From positions 64,001 through 128,000 of the IMG/VR virus record IMGVR_UViG_3300017917_002441: 64,000 nt of DNA. One strand, written 5' to 3'. The number at the start of each line of letters is the position of its first letter. The stretch's first letter is position 1. Shown here piece after piece: positions 55,925 to 64,000 of this stretch. Origin of the DNA: a virus. The translations under genes were made by a program, and so were the position numbers. A model generated the notes under the pieces. The model was not told the DNA's origin and searched no databases. It saw only the letters and a program-made list of their open reading frames with translations.

Positions 55925-56406
55925 ATGAAATCCAGATCAATCTGGATTCTATGATAACTGATTACAGTAGTGATTACAGTACTATCAGGATGTCTGATTA
56001 CAATATAAACATTTCAGACACCATTACACTGAGCAACACCGGTGCTATCAGCGGAGCAATGGGCTCCACATACCAATACCCCAATGTTACAATTGCCAAC
56101 GGTGCTTATACCACCAGCGCATTTGGAAACGTGTGGGGAGGAAATCCACTAACAGTTGGCGGATCAGGACAAGTTGATCTCATAGGTGAAAATGCTGATA
56201 TCAAAATCAACGGCAAAAGTTTGTGCAAAGCAATTGAAGCCATTGAACAACGACTCAACATACTCACCCCCAACACCAAACTAGAAGCCGAGTGGGATGA
56301 ACTACGCAAGCTAGGTGAACGCTATCGTGAGCTAGAAAAGCAGTGCTTGGAAAAAGCCGAGATGTGGAAAAAGCTCAAATCAATGCCCCCACCCGAAATA
56401 GTATGA
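55900..56406 (+). CDS. hypothetical protein (S/T/G-rich N-terminus, coiled-coil C-terminus)
   Basis: IEQRLNIL.PN..LE..W..L. Confidence 0.65.
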   Translation: MDSTETKLNEIQINLDSMITDYSSDYSTIRMSDYNINISDTITLSNTGAISGAMGSTYQYPNVTIANGAYTTSAFGNVWGGNPLTVGGSGQVDLIGENADIKINGKSLCKAIEAIEQRLNILTPNTKLEAEWDELRKLGERYRELEKQCLEKAEMWKKLKSMPPPEIV

Positions 56407-57200
56407 CACCAAAACAAAGAATCAAGCACATAGTTTCGTGGATACGGAATTATGCCAAACAAAACAAAATCCAAACCTTGGTTGTTGGAGTAAGTGGTGG
56501 TATTGATTCTGCTGTGGTGTCTGCGCTGTGTGCCAAAACTGGTATGAGAACTGTGGCACTGAGCATGCCTATTCGTCAAAGCGAACACACGCACAATCTA
56601 AGTCAACAACATTGTATGTGGTTGGTCAATCGCTACGAAAACGCAGAATTCCATAACATTGATCTTACGTCTACATTCGAGCAATTTGAATCTGTTACAG
56701 TGCAGTTTGGTAATCAGCTGGCCTATGCAAACACTCGCAGTAGATTGCGAATGACAACACTGTATCAAGTAGCACAGGCCATGGACGGTATTGTAGTGGG
56801 CACCGGCAACCGAGTAGAAGACTTTGGAGTAGGATTCTTTACCAAGTACGGCGATGGCGGCGTGGACATCAGCCCCATTGCTGACTGTTTGAAGACTGAA
56901 GTGTGGGACATGGGCCGCGAGCTAGGTGTGTTATCAAGCATTATTGATGCCGCACCCACTGATGGATTATGGGACGATCAGCGCACTGACGAAGATCAAA
57001 TTGGCATGACATATCCTGATCTAGAGCGTATGATGGCACTAGACTTCTTGAAACGTGCGCACATTGTAGATTCCAGTATGCCCGGGAGTGCCAAACTCAA
57101 CGCAGATGACCGTAAAAAACTAAAACGCTACCAAGAACTACGTGCAAGAAACATGCACAAAATGATCCCAATACCTATTTGTAAAATACCCAAGGAATAA
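56403..57200 (+). CDS. nadE: NH3-dependent NAD+ synthetase
   Basis: [35 protein letters not shown]. Confidence 0.95.
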   Translation: MTPKQRIKHIVSWIRNYAKQNKIQTLVVGVSGGIDSAVVSALCAKTGMRTVALSMPIRQSEHTHNLSQQHCMWLVNRYENAEFHNIDLTSTFEQFESVTVQFGNQLAYANTRSRLRMTTLYQVAQAMDGIVVGTGNRVEDFGVGFFTKYGDGGVDISPIADCLKTEVWDMGRELGVLSSIIDAAPTDGLWDDQRTDEDQIGMTYPDLERMMALDFLKRAHIVDSSMPGSAKLNADDRKKLKRYQELRARNMHKMIPIPICKIPKE

Positions 57201-57202
57201 AG

Positions 57203-57529
57203 ATGACTTATGTTGTAACCGAAAGCTGTGTCAAATGCAAGTACACCGACTGTGTAGATGTTTGCCCAGTTGACTGTTTCAAAGCTGGACCAAACTTTCT
57301 TGTAATTGATCCCGACGAGTGCATTGATTGTGCTGTATGCGTAACCGAATGTCCGGTGAATGCTATCTACGCTGATCGAGATTTGCCCGAAAGCCAACGA
57401 GAATTTTTGGATATCAATGCTCGTCTAGCTAAAAACTGGCCTACAATTAGCAAAAAGATTGAGCCACTGCCTGATGCAGAAGAGTGGGCTGGTGTAACTG
57501 AAAAACGACATTTAATCGATCAAGGTTGA
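57203..57529 (+). CDS. fdxA: 7Fe ferredoxin (FdxA type)
   Basis: C..CKYTDCV.VCPVDCF...CIDCA.C..ECP. Confidence 0.95.
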   Translation: MTYVVTESCVKCKYTDCVDVCPVDCFKAGPNFLVIDPDECIDCAVCVTECPVNAIYADRDLPESQREFLDINARLAKNWPTISKKIEPLPDAEEWAGVTEKRHLIDQG

Positions 57530-57554
57530 CAACTAACTCAAAAACTCATATAAT
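57526..57554 (+). promoter_or_regulatory. sigma70 promoter
   Basis: TTGACA-N17-TATAAT. Confidence 0.75.
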
Positions 57555-57649
57555 AGTGTTTTATTAGTTAAAACCCTATATTATGGAAAAAATTGAGTGT
57601 TTTGGCAGTTTTTTAACTGATGTAGACAGTCAGAAACTAAGTAAAACTG

Positions 57650-57990
57650 AACGCGGAAAACAGATACCGGCGCTTTTTAAGCCATTGAAAGGGTCCGCGA
57701 ACACTTGCAGTCCGTTGCAAGATAATAATAATAAAAATACGGACACACGTTGCAGTCTTGGAATTTCGTCCAAAATACCAAGGCTGTTCGAAAGAGGGCT
57801 TCGGAAATCCTCTTCGTTGACAAATGGTATTGATTCCGCCAAACACTGTAGCGATATGGACGCTGGTGGAATCCAAGAGAGTATGCCAAAGAAGGCCCGA
57901 GGTCTCGCACATAACTCTGATGTAAATATCACGTCAACGTCGTTCATCTTGAACAACTCCGGTGAACAGCTCACTATTAGCTGAAAGGAG
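57650..57990 (+). ncRNA. candidate large multi-domain structured RNA / 5' leader of the cell wall hydrolase
   Basis: At least 8 helices and 2 potential pseudoknots in the longest non-coding gap. Confidence 0.6.
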
Positions 57991-57996
57991 AAAACG

Positions 57997-58563
57997 TTGA
58001 AACTAACTTCAATTAATCGTTTAGGCAGTACAGCCTTAAAGGTTCTAGGTTTCGTAGCTGTGATTTTTGTAGTGGCTTCTGCCACCAATGCCAAGCTTGA
58101 TTCCCTGAAAGGAACCAATGAAGTAGCCCGCCAAGGATTTGTCAGTGTGGCGGATCGTACCAAGCAACTTGAGTGCTTGACACGTAACATTTATTGGGAA
58201 GCTGGCACAGAACCTTTTGAAGGCAAAGTAGCAGTGGCCCAAGTCACCTTGAACCGTGTGGAATCCGGTCGCTTTGCTCGTGACATTTGCGGTGTGGTAT
58301 ATCAAAAGAATGTGATCTATGACAAAGTAGTATGTCAGTTCTCATGGTTCTGTGATGGGTCCAGCAAGGTCCGACCCATTTATCCAGCACACTGGAAAGA
58401 AGCCGAAGAAGTAGCCAAAAAGGTTCTACTAGAAGGCTTTAGACTACCCAGTCTCAAAGATGCTCTTTATTTCCATGCTGATTATGTAAACCCGCAATGG
58501 AAGAAAGAAAAAGTAGCAAAGTTTGGTCGACATATCTTTTACGCAGAACGGAATAACATATGA
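57997..58563 (+). CDS. cell wall hydrolase (SleB/Hydrolase_2)
   Basis: CL..NIY.EA..E...G..AVA.V..NR, CQFSW, FHADYV.P.W, GRHIFY; TTG start after AGGAG. Confidence 0.93.
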   Translation: MKLTSINRLGSTALKVLGFVAVIFVVASATNAKLDSLKGTNEVARQGFVSVADRTKQLECLTRNIYWEAGTEPFEGKVAVAQVTLNRVESGRFARDICGVVYQKNVIYDKVVCQFSWFCDGSSKVRPIYPAHWKEAEEVAKKVLLEGFRLPSLKDALYFHADYVNPQWKKEKVAKFGRHIFYAERNNI

Positions 58564-58877
58564 TCATGCAACGACTGGAAGAATTTAGAAAAAACTTCAA
58601 CGTCTGGACCAACCAGCACTTCAGCAAAATTTCAGCTGATACCTTGGGCTGGTTGGCAGTGATATTGATTCATTGCTCAACTATTCCCACCTTGTTGGCA
58701 TTGCTGACAGGACTCAGCGACACTGTACCCAATTTGGACATTGTGATGTTTATGTGGGCTGGCTTGGTGTTGTTGTTTGCACGTGCTGTGGTGCTCAAAG
58801 ATACTTTGAATATCATCACAGTGGGTGTGGGCTTTATTGCCCAAGCAGTGATCATGGCAATGATCTTGTTCAAATAA
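58560..58877 (+). CDS. 3-TM membrane protein
   Basis: Hydrophobic, coupled to the hydrolase. Confidence 0.7.
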   Translation: MIMQRLEEFRKNFNVWTNQHFSKISADTLGWLAVILIHCSTIPTLLALLTGLSDTVPNLDIVMFMWAGLVLLFARAVVLKDTLNIITVGVGFIAQAVIMAMILFK

Positions 58878-58880
58878 TGC

Positions 58881-58909
58881 TTGACCAAAAATCCCCATTT
58901 TGCTATAAT
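58881..58909 (+). promoter_or_regulatory. sigma70 promoter (cassette core)
   Basis: TTGACC-AAAAATCCCCATTTTGC-TATAAT. Confidence 0.85.
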
Positions 58910-58938
58910 ATTGTTATTGTGAGTAATGGGGATTTTTT

Positions 58939-59343
58939 ATGACCATGCATCTTGAAGGCCCTTGGCTGAGTACTACTGGCAAGCTAAAAAGCAAACGCAG
59001 AAAATATGCATCAGCAGATGCCGCCCGCAAGGCTCGAGAACTGCAAGCTGAGTGGGAACGCCGGCAACAAGAGTGGGACAAGCTGGCTCCAAAGTTCAGC
59101 AACAACAAAATGGCCAAAGCCCGGCCCAAATCCAATTTCCCTACATATCAACCTCCTCCCGGACGTGAAACTGTTCGTATTCCCAGCCTCAACAACGGTG
59201 TTGATACCGGGGTTGCTACACGTGCTCCTGACAAAGTGTACACTGGTACCAAGATCAAAGGCATTGGTACCATGCACAAATCCAATGCAGTGCCAATCTT
59301 TTCAGATGAGCAAGCTGTGGAAATAAGTAAGATGCGACGTTAA
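58939..59343 (+). CDS. conserved T4-like hypothetical
   Basis: YTG....[11 protein letters not shown]...MRR. Confidence 0.75.
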   Translation: MTMHLEGPWLSTTGKLKSKRRKYASADAARKARELQAEWERRQQEWDKLAPKFSNNKMAKARPKSNFPTYQPPPGRETVRIPSLNNGVDTGVATRAPDKVYTGTKIKGIGTMHKSNAVPIFSDEQAVEISKMRR

Positions 59344-59363
59344 CAAAAGGAAAGCAAACTCAA

Positions 59364-59582
59364 TTGGCCAAAGAAGAAGGTTTTAAAATGGAAGGGCAAG
59401 TGGTAGAGGTACTACCCAACGCCATGTTCCGTGTCAAATTAGATGTAAATGCAACACCGGTGACCGGTATCATTTCAGGAAAAATGCGACAGCACAATAT
59501 CAAAATTCTCTTGGGAGACCGAGTAGAAATTGAATTCAGCCCATATGATCTAACTCGTGGGCGCATTACCCGTAGAAAATAA
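59364..59582 (+). CDS. infA: translation initiation factor IF-1
   Basis: [12 protein letters not shown]...ISGKMR...I.IL.GD.V.....[10 protein letters not shown]. Confidence 0.95.
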   Translation: MAKEEGFKMEGQVVEVLPNAMFRVKLDVNATPVTGIISGKMRQHNIKILLGDRVEIEFSPYDLTRGRITRRK

Positions 59583-59590
59583 ATATCAGT

Positions 59591-60133
59591 ATGCGTGAAC
59601 ATATTGATCTCATTGAAGCTAGCACTCGCCCAGCCAAACTAGAAACCACTCCGCTTCCTTACGGGGAACGAGATCTAGAACCTGTGATGAGCCGTGCTAC
59701 AATCAACTACCATTACGAACATTTAGCCAAAGGCTATGCAAAGCGTTACAACGCAGGAGAGGGCAATGCCAATTTTAATCGTGCTGGCAGTTATTTGCAC
59801 AATAAATTTTTCCCTCAACTTCGTGCTCCTAAACCCAGCAACCGCCCCAAGGGTGCTGTACTTGCGTTGATCGAAGAGCACTTTAAGACTTGGGAAGATT
59901 TCAAAGAATCTTTCAAAGAAGAAGCAATGAAGATACAAGGGTCGGGTTGGATTTATTTGAGCACATCGGGTGACATCAAAACCATTGCCAACCATGCTGT
60001 GCGCACTGATATCTGCATGCTGGTGGATTGGTGGGAACATGCTTGGGCTCTGGACTACCAAAGCGACAAAGAAGCATATCTAAACAATATCTGGAAAATT
60101 ATTGACTGGGACGTTTGCAACGAACGACTATGA
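59591..60133 (+). CDS. sod: Fe/Mn superoxide dismutase (shortened)
   Basis: LPY...LEP, His ligands, GSGW, DWWEHA. Confidence 0.9.
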   Translation: MREHIDLIEASTRPAKLETTPLPYGERDLEPVMSRATINYHYEHLAKGYAKRYNAGEGNANFNRAGSYLHNKFFPQLRAPKPSNRPKGAVLALIEEHFKTWEDFKESFKEEAMKIQGSGWIYLSTSGDIKTIANHAVRTDICMLVDWWEHAWALDYQSDKEAYLNNIWKIIDWDVCNERL

Positions 60134-60453
60134 TTACAATTACTGATTCTGCTGTTGAAAAAATTCGAGACATTCTTGCTGAAGAAAACAACCCCAATCT
60201 GCGATTGCGTGTGTTTGTGCAAGGTGGCGGCTGTTCGGGATTTCAGTACGGCTTTACACTAGATGAAGACCACAACGATGACGACTTTAATATCGAAGCT
60301 GGTGGTGTTGAAGTTTTAGTGGATGCAATGAGCAGTCAATACCTTCAAGGTGCCACAGTAGACTACAAAGAAGATGTGTACGGTGCCAACTTTACCATCA
60401 ACAATCCGCAAGCTGTTTCCACTTGCGGATGCGGTTCAAGTTTTTCTATTTAA
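60130..60453 (+). CDS. erpA: A-type Fe-S carrier ErpA/IscA (HesB)
   Basis: [20 protein letters not shown]. Confidence 0.92.
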   Translation: MITITDSAVEKIRDILAEENNPNLRLRVFVQGGGCSGFQYGFTLDEDHNDDDFNIEAGGVEVLVDAMSSQYLQGATVDYKEDVYGANFTINNPQAVSTCGCGSSFSI

Positions 60454-62333
60454 ACGTCAATAAAGAACGGGGTAACCCAGTTCTCGCTGCCAAATAATCC
60501 ACCACCGCCCATGTTTACTTGTGTCACAGCTATACCGGCTGCGGCACACTTGGCCAAGAACAAGTTGTAAGACGAACGCACAGTGTCTGTGGTCATGCTA
60601 CCTGAATTGTCCACTGCTAGTATTACTTTACTACCGGCAGATGCATTGTCAAGACCGCAGATAACAAACCAGTCAGAAACTGCACTGCTACCGTTGTCGC
60701 GATTTACAGCAATAGGGCCTCGAGATCCCCGATAATTATAATAGTTGTCAGGAACTTTCAAACTGCCTTGACTAGGGCCACCGGGTTGTAACAAGTTAAA
60801 TGCACGTAGCGGATAAGTGGCTGTGAATTGATCCCAGTTAGATTGTATAGTACCAGCGTTGACGCTACACTCGTCAATGACAGCAACACAGGATACAAAC
60901 GGAGTGCCTACAGAACTGCTTCGACTGACGTATCCAAACTGACCTGACGCAACAACAAAGTTTGGTGCGTAAGTGCCTGATACTGGTTCCCAAATTCCGT
61001 TTACATTTACAAAGTCACCTTTGACTGGATACCAATCACCGTTGTCTTTGACCCAGGTTTGTTTGACTGGTTGCCAACCGTCGTTGACCTTGACAAAGGT
61101 GCCATTGATATCAAAATCTAGTACAGCGTAGCCTGGGTTACCAGCTTGGCCAGTTGTGCCACCGTAGCCCACACCCCCGCCAGGGTAATACCCTTGTCCA
61201 GTTCCGCCAGGTGCTCGGCCACTGGGGTTAGCACTGACATCACCACGATTTCCGCCATAGAAACCAGGATATCCCCAAGTGTCATACGGTGCTTGATTGC
61301 CACCTTGTCCTGCACCCCAACCGCCACCTCCGGCTCCACCGCCACCGCCATCGCCCTCACGATCAACGCCGTCGCCACCAATGCTGATGCCAATTGCGGC
61401 TTGCCCGGCGGAACCAGGTGCATTGCCCGGTTGACCTCCACCGCCATTGATACCGGCACCTGCGCCACCACCGCCACCACCGGCTACAGCAACAACGACT
61501 CCGTTCTTTCTTAGCACTGTGGCTCCACCACCGCCGCCACCGCCACCAGACGACCCAATCCAACCTGCGCGGCCGCCAGATCCACCGCAGAAAGAATTAC
61601 CACCGTTGATAGACAATGCAAAACTGCCCGGACCACCAGTGTTTACGCCATACAATCTAACAGTGTGATTGCCTGCTGTTACGTATACACGAGCAATATA
61701 AGTGGTTCCGTACCCTGAAATATTCAGTATATTTGCCCCGTCAAGATAGATGTAACCGTAGTTGTCAACAGATCCTTCAAATGTGTACACACCGGTGCTA
61801 GGGAAGTTTACTGTGTAAGATCGATCAAATATTGCACTGCCACCACCGGCTTCATTCCAAACTCCATAGTTGTTTAGGAATGTGCAGTAAGCACTGTTTT
61901 GTACTCTAGGCAATCCAAGGTCGACTGTGTTAAAGAGGCCGCCACCTAGTAACAAACTAGGTCCGGCTGCGCCACCACTGGCACCGCCATAATATCCCCA
62001 CCAACCCCACCAGCCGTAGCCGTAGTAGTCATACCATGCCCACGAGCGCCACCACCACCAACGCCAGTAATACCACCCGCCGTTGTTGCCGGCACCACCA
62101 GGACCGCCCACACTGACTTCTAGTACATCTCCGGGATTCACAGTGAGCGTGACTCGAGTAAAGCCACCGCCACCACCTTCGCCACCTGGATTTCCAGCAT
62201 CATTGCCACCACCGCCACCGCCGGCTCCCCACAAGTATGCAGTTACCGTTCCGTTGTAGGCCTGAGTTGAAGGCCAAGTCAAAGTTTGACGATAGCCTGT
62301 GTATCCTAATGCTCTAATAATTGATTGTGCCAT
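60450..62333 (-). CDS. Gly-rich tail/adhesion protein with PA14-like and VWA-like domains
   Basis: GGGGG repeats, DN.G..Y.DG PA14-like segment, D.SGS MIDAS-like C-terminus. Confidence 0.7.
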   Translation of the reverse strand: MAQSIIRALGYTGYRQTLTWPSTQAYNGTVTAYLWGAGGGGGGNDAGNPGGEGGGGGFTRVTLTVNPGDVLEVSVGGPGGAGNNGGWYYWRWWWWRSWAWYDYYGYGWWGWWGYYGGASGGAAGPSLLLGGGLFNTVDLGLPRVQNSAYCTFLNNYGVWNEAGGGSAIFDRSYTVNFPSTGVYTFEGSVDNYGYIYLDGANILNISGYGTTYIARVYVTAGNHTVRLYGVNTGGPGSFALSINGGNSFCGGSGGRAGWIGSSGGGGGGGGATVLRKNGVVVAVAGGGGGGAGAGINGGGGQPGNAPGSAGQAAIGISIGGDGVDREGDGGGGGAGGGGWGAGQGGNQAPYDTWGYPGFYGGNRGDVSANPSGRAPGGTGQGYYPGGGVGYGGTTGQAGNPGYAVLDFDINGTFVKVNDGWQPVKQTWVKDNGDWYPVKGDFVNVNGIWEPVSGTYAPNFVVASGQFGYVSRSSSVGTPFVSCVAVIDECSVNAGTIQSNWDQFTATYPLRAFNLLQPGGPSQGSLKVPDNYYNYRGSRGPIAVNRDNGSSAVSDWFVICGLDNASAGSKVILAVDNSGSMTTDTVRSSYNLFLAKCAAAGIAVTQVNMGGGGLFGSENWVTPFFIDV

Positions 62334-62342
62334 GCTGTGCCG

Positions 62343-63998
62343 TTAAATCTGGTACCAAATATCGCCGTTGTTGCCACCACTGGGGTTGGCTGTGGAAACG
62401 TATCTTATCCCAAAACCATTGCTGTTTGTTGCAATACTCAATATGCGGTTAGTACTTAGATCGCCGCCGCCAGTGAGTCCAGCGCCAGCAATGATTTGTA
62501 GTGTAGTAGATGGGACACCTAAATTGGTTCTGGCTTGTGCCGCAGTAGAAGCACCGGTACCACCATCTGCTATGGCAAGATCTGTGATGCCTGTAATAGA
62601 GCCACCAATGATAGCAACTGCGCCTGCGTTTTGTGTTGCCATTGTGCCTACATCAGTTACAGCACCGCTTCTAAGACCAAGATTGGTACGTGCTCCGCTT
62701 GCGTCGTTTGCCCCGGTACCACCGTTGTTCAGGCCCAGTGGTGCAGACAATACGTTGATATAGCCGCCATTGATGCTGACATCATTGGCATTTTGTGTGG
62801 CCATGCTACCTAGTCCAAGATTGGTTCTTGCTTGAACTGCTGTATTAGCACCAGTACCGCCAGACGCAACTGGTATTGGGTTGATACCGCTGATGTTACC
62901 GCCAGTGATGTTGACGTTGGCACTACCTTGAGTGGCCATTGTGCCAAGTCCTAGGTTAATTCTGGCAGTTACTACGTCGGTTGCACTGGTACCGCCAGAT
63001 GTAATAGACAGTGGACTTAACAATGATTGTACAGTGACACCTTGAATAGTACCGCCAGTAATGCTAACAGCGTCACTGCTTTGAGTAGCAATAGATCCTA
63101 GGCCTAGATTATCTCTAGCAGTGGCAGCATTATTGGCATTGGTACCACCGTCTGCAATTGCCAACGGAGCGATGCCTGCAATAGTACCGCCTGTGATATT
63201 GACAGCATTGCGGTTTTGTGTAGCTATACTGCCCAATCCCAGATTGCTTCTTGCACCGGCAGCATCAGACGCACCAGTACCACCATCGGCTATAGCAAGA
63301 TCAACAATGCCTGTGATCTCTCCGCCTGAAATATTAATAGCGTTGGCGTCTTGAGTTGAAACACTGCCTAGTCCTAAGTTTGTTCTTGCATCTCCGGGAG
63401 TGGCCGCACCTGTGCCGCCAAACGCCACAGCAATTGGTGCAACACCGCTGATAGAGCCACCAGTGATAGTCACACTATTGGCATTTTGTTGACTCATTGT
63501 ACCCAATGTACCAGTGATGTTTTTTACAAATGCTGTGGTAGCCAACTGATCAGTGTTGGAGTTATTGGGTGCAGTGGGCGCAGTTGGGATGCCAGTAAAT
63601 GCTGGTGAATCTTTTTCACCTTGTACAAATGCTGTTGTGGCAATTTGTGTGGAATTTGTGTTGTAAGCCGCAGTTGGTGCAGTGGGTGTTCCGCTAAACG
63701 CTGGGCTAACTTTGTTGTTTTGTACAAATGCTGTGGTGGCAACAATATTGCTGTTGTCTGTAACAGGCACAGTGGGTGCTGTGGGAGAGCCTGAAAATTC
63801 AGGACCTGACGTTACAAAAGCCGTTGTAGCAATTTGCGTGGTATTTGTGCCAGCATTGGCTGTGGGCGCAGTGGGCACACCGCTTAATTGCACACTGTTT
63901 GTGACAAAAGCTGTTGTGGCAATCTGTGTGGTAGCTGTGCCTGGAGCCGCTGTGGGCGCACGTGGCGTGCCCAAAAACTGTGGGCTAGATGTAACAAA
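62343..63998 (-). CDS. tail fibre protein (5' partial)
   Basis: About 5 G.PTAPTA...N.TQIATTAFV repeats, then about 7 GGT.A....AR.NLG repeats; C-terminal GDIWYQI. Confidence 0.88.
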   Translation of the reverse strand, partial: FVTSSPQFLGTPRAPTAAPGTATTQIATTAFVTNSVQLSGVPTAPTANAGTNTTQIATTAFVTSGPEFSGSPTAPTVPVTDNSNIVATTAFVQNNKVSPAFSGTPTAPTAAYNTNSTQIATTAFVQGEKDSPAFTGIPTAPTAPNNSNTDQLATTAFVKNITGTLGTMSQQNANSVTITGGSISGVAPIAVAFGGTGAATPGDARTNLGLGSVSTQDANAINISGGEITGIVDLAIADGGTGASDAAGARSNLGLGSIATQNRNAVNITGGTIAGIAPLAIADGGTNANNAATARDNLGLGSIATQSSDAVSITGGTIQGVTVQSLLSPLSITSGGTSATDVVTARINLGLGTMATQGSANVNITGGNISGINPIPVASGGTGANTAVQARTNLGLGSMATQNANDVSINGGYINVLSAPLGLNNGGTGANDASGARTNLGLRSGAVTDVGTMATQNAGAVAIIGGSITGITDLAIADGGTGASTAAQARTNLGVPSTTLQIIAGAGLTGGGDLSTNRILSIATNSNGFGIRYVSTANPSGGNNGDIWYQI

Positions 63999-64000
63999 TT

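Noticed and set aside
57583-58190. ORFs 57583-57984(+), 57630-58190(-) and others as proteins
   Set aside because: No RBS or recognisable motifs and atypical composition; the region is better explained by RNA helices.
60450-63998. Diversity-generating retroelement target in the tail genes
   Set aside because: No reverse transcriptase or TR/VR pair differing at adenines is present in the window; the repeats are protein-level fibre repeats.
1-64000. tRNA, tmRNA, rRNA, introns/inteins, transposases, stop-codon recoding
   Set aside because: No cloverleaf or T-arm signatures were seen by eye (tRNAscan/Aragorn not run); conserved enzymes are uninterrupted and of normal length; TAA, TGA and TAG all end genes.

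Overview
64 kb of a large T4-like myovirus (jumbo or huge phage). It uses the standard genetic code, is very gene-dense and is mostly + strand. DnaK, FdxA and ErpA look proteobacterial, probably betaproteobacterial (inference). The ends hold virion genes: PAAR spike on the left, tail fibre and a Gly-rich tail protein on the right. The interior is an accessory and host-takeover region. It encodes DNA ligase, YccA/BI-1, a clpX-rpsU-dnaK-hsp20-clpS run, two ClpPs, a sugar-modification cassette (UGD, 2OG oxygenase, amidinotransferase) and UvdE. It also holds a CHASE2 adenylate cyclase converging on a csgF-csgG-curlin-FecR operon, a GNAT-hydrolase-desaturase-phasin cluster, MetK, a TylF-like methyltransferase, TauD, NadE, ferredoxin, SleB, IF-1, SOD and ErpA. 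Dozens of small hypothetical genes are driven by about 20 near-consensus sigma70 promoters, several within a repeated ~55-bp promoter-RBS cassette. Best leads: (1) a phage-borne amyloid-secretion/FecR/CHASE2-cyclase signalling module, plus a free-standing copy of the cyclase C-terminal domain next to a phosphoesterase; (2) three unannotated, strongly structured non-coding RNAs (7984-8140, 53851-54005, 57650-57990); (3) a covarying ROSE-like two-hairpin leader shared by dnaK, hsp20 and a phasin-like gene; (4) PhaR-like boxes at identical spacing from late promoters. All calls come from motif reading by eye; no database searches were run.
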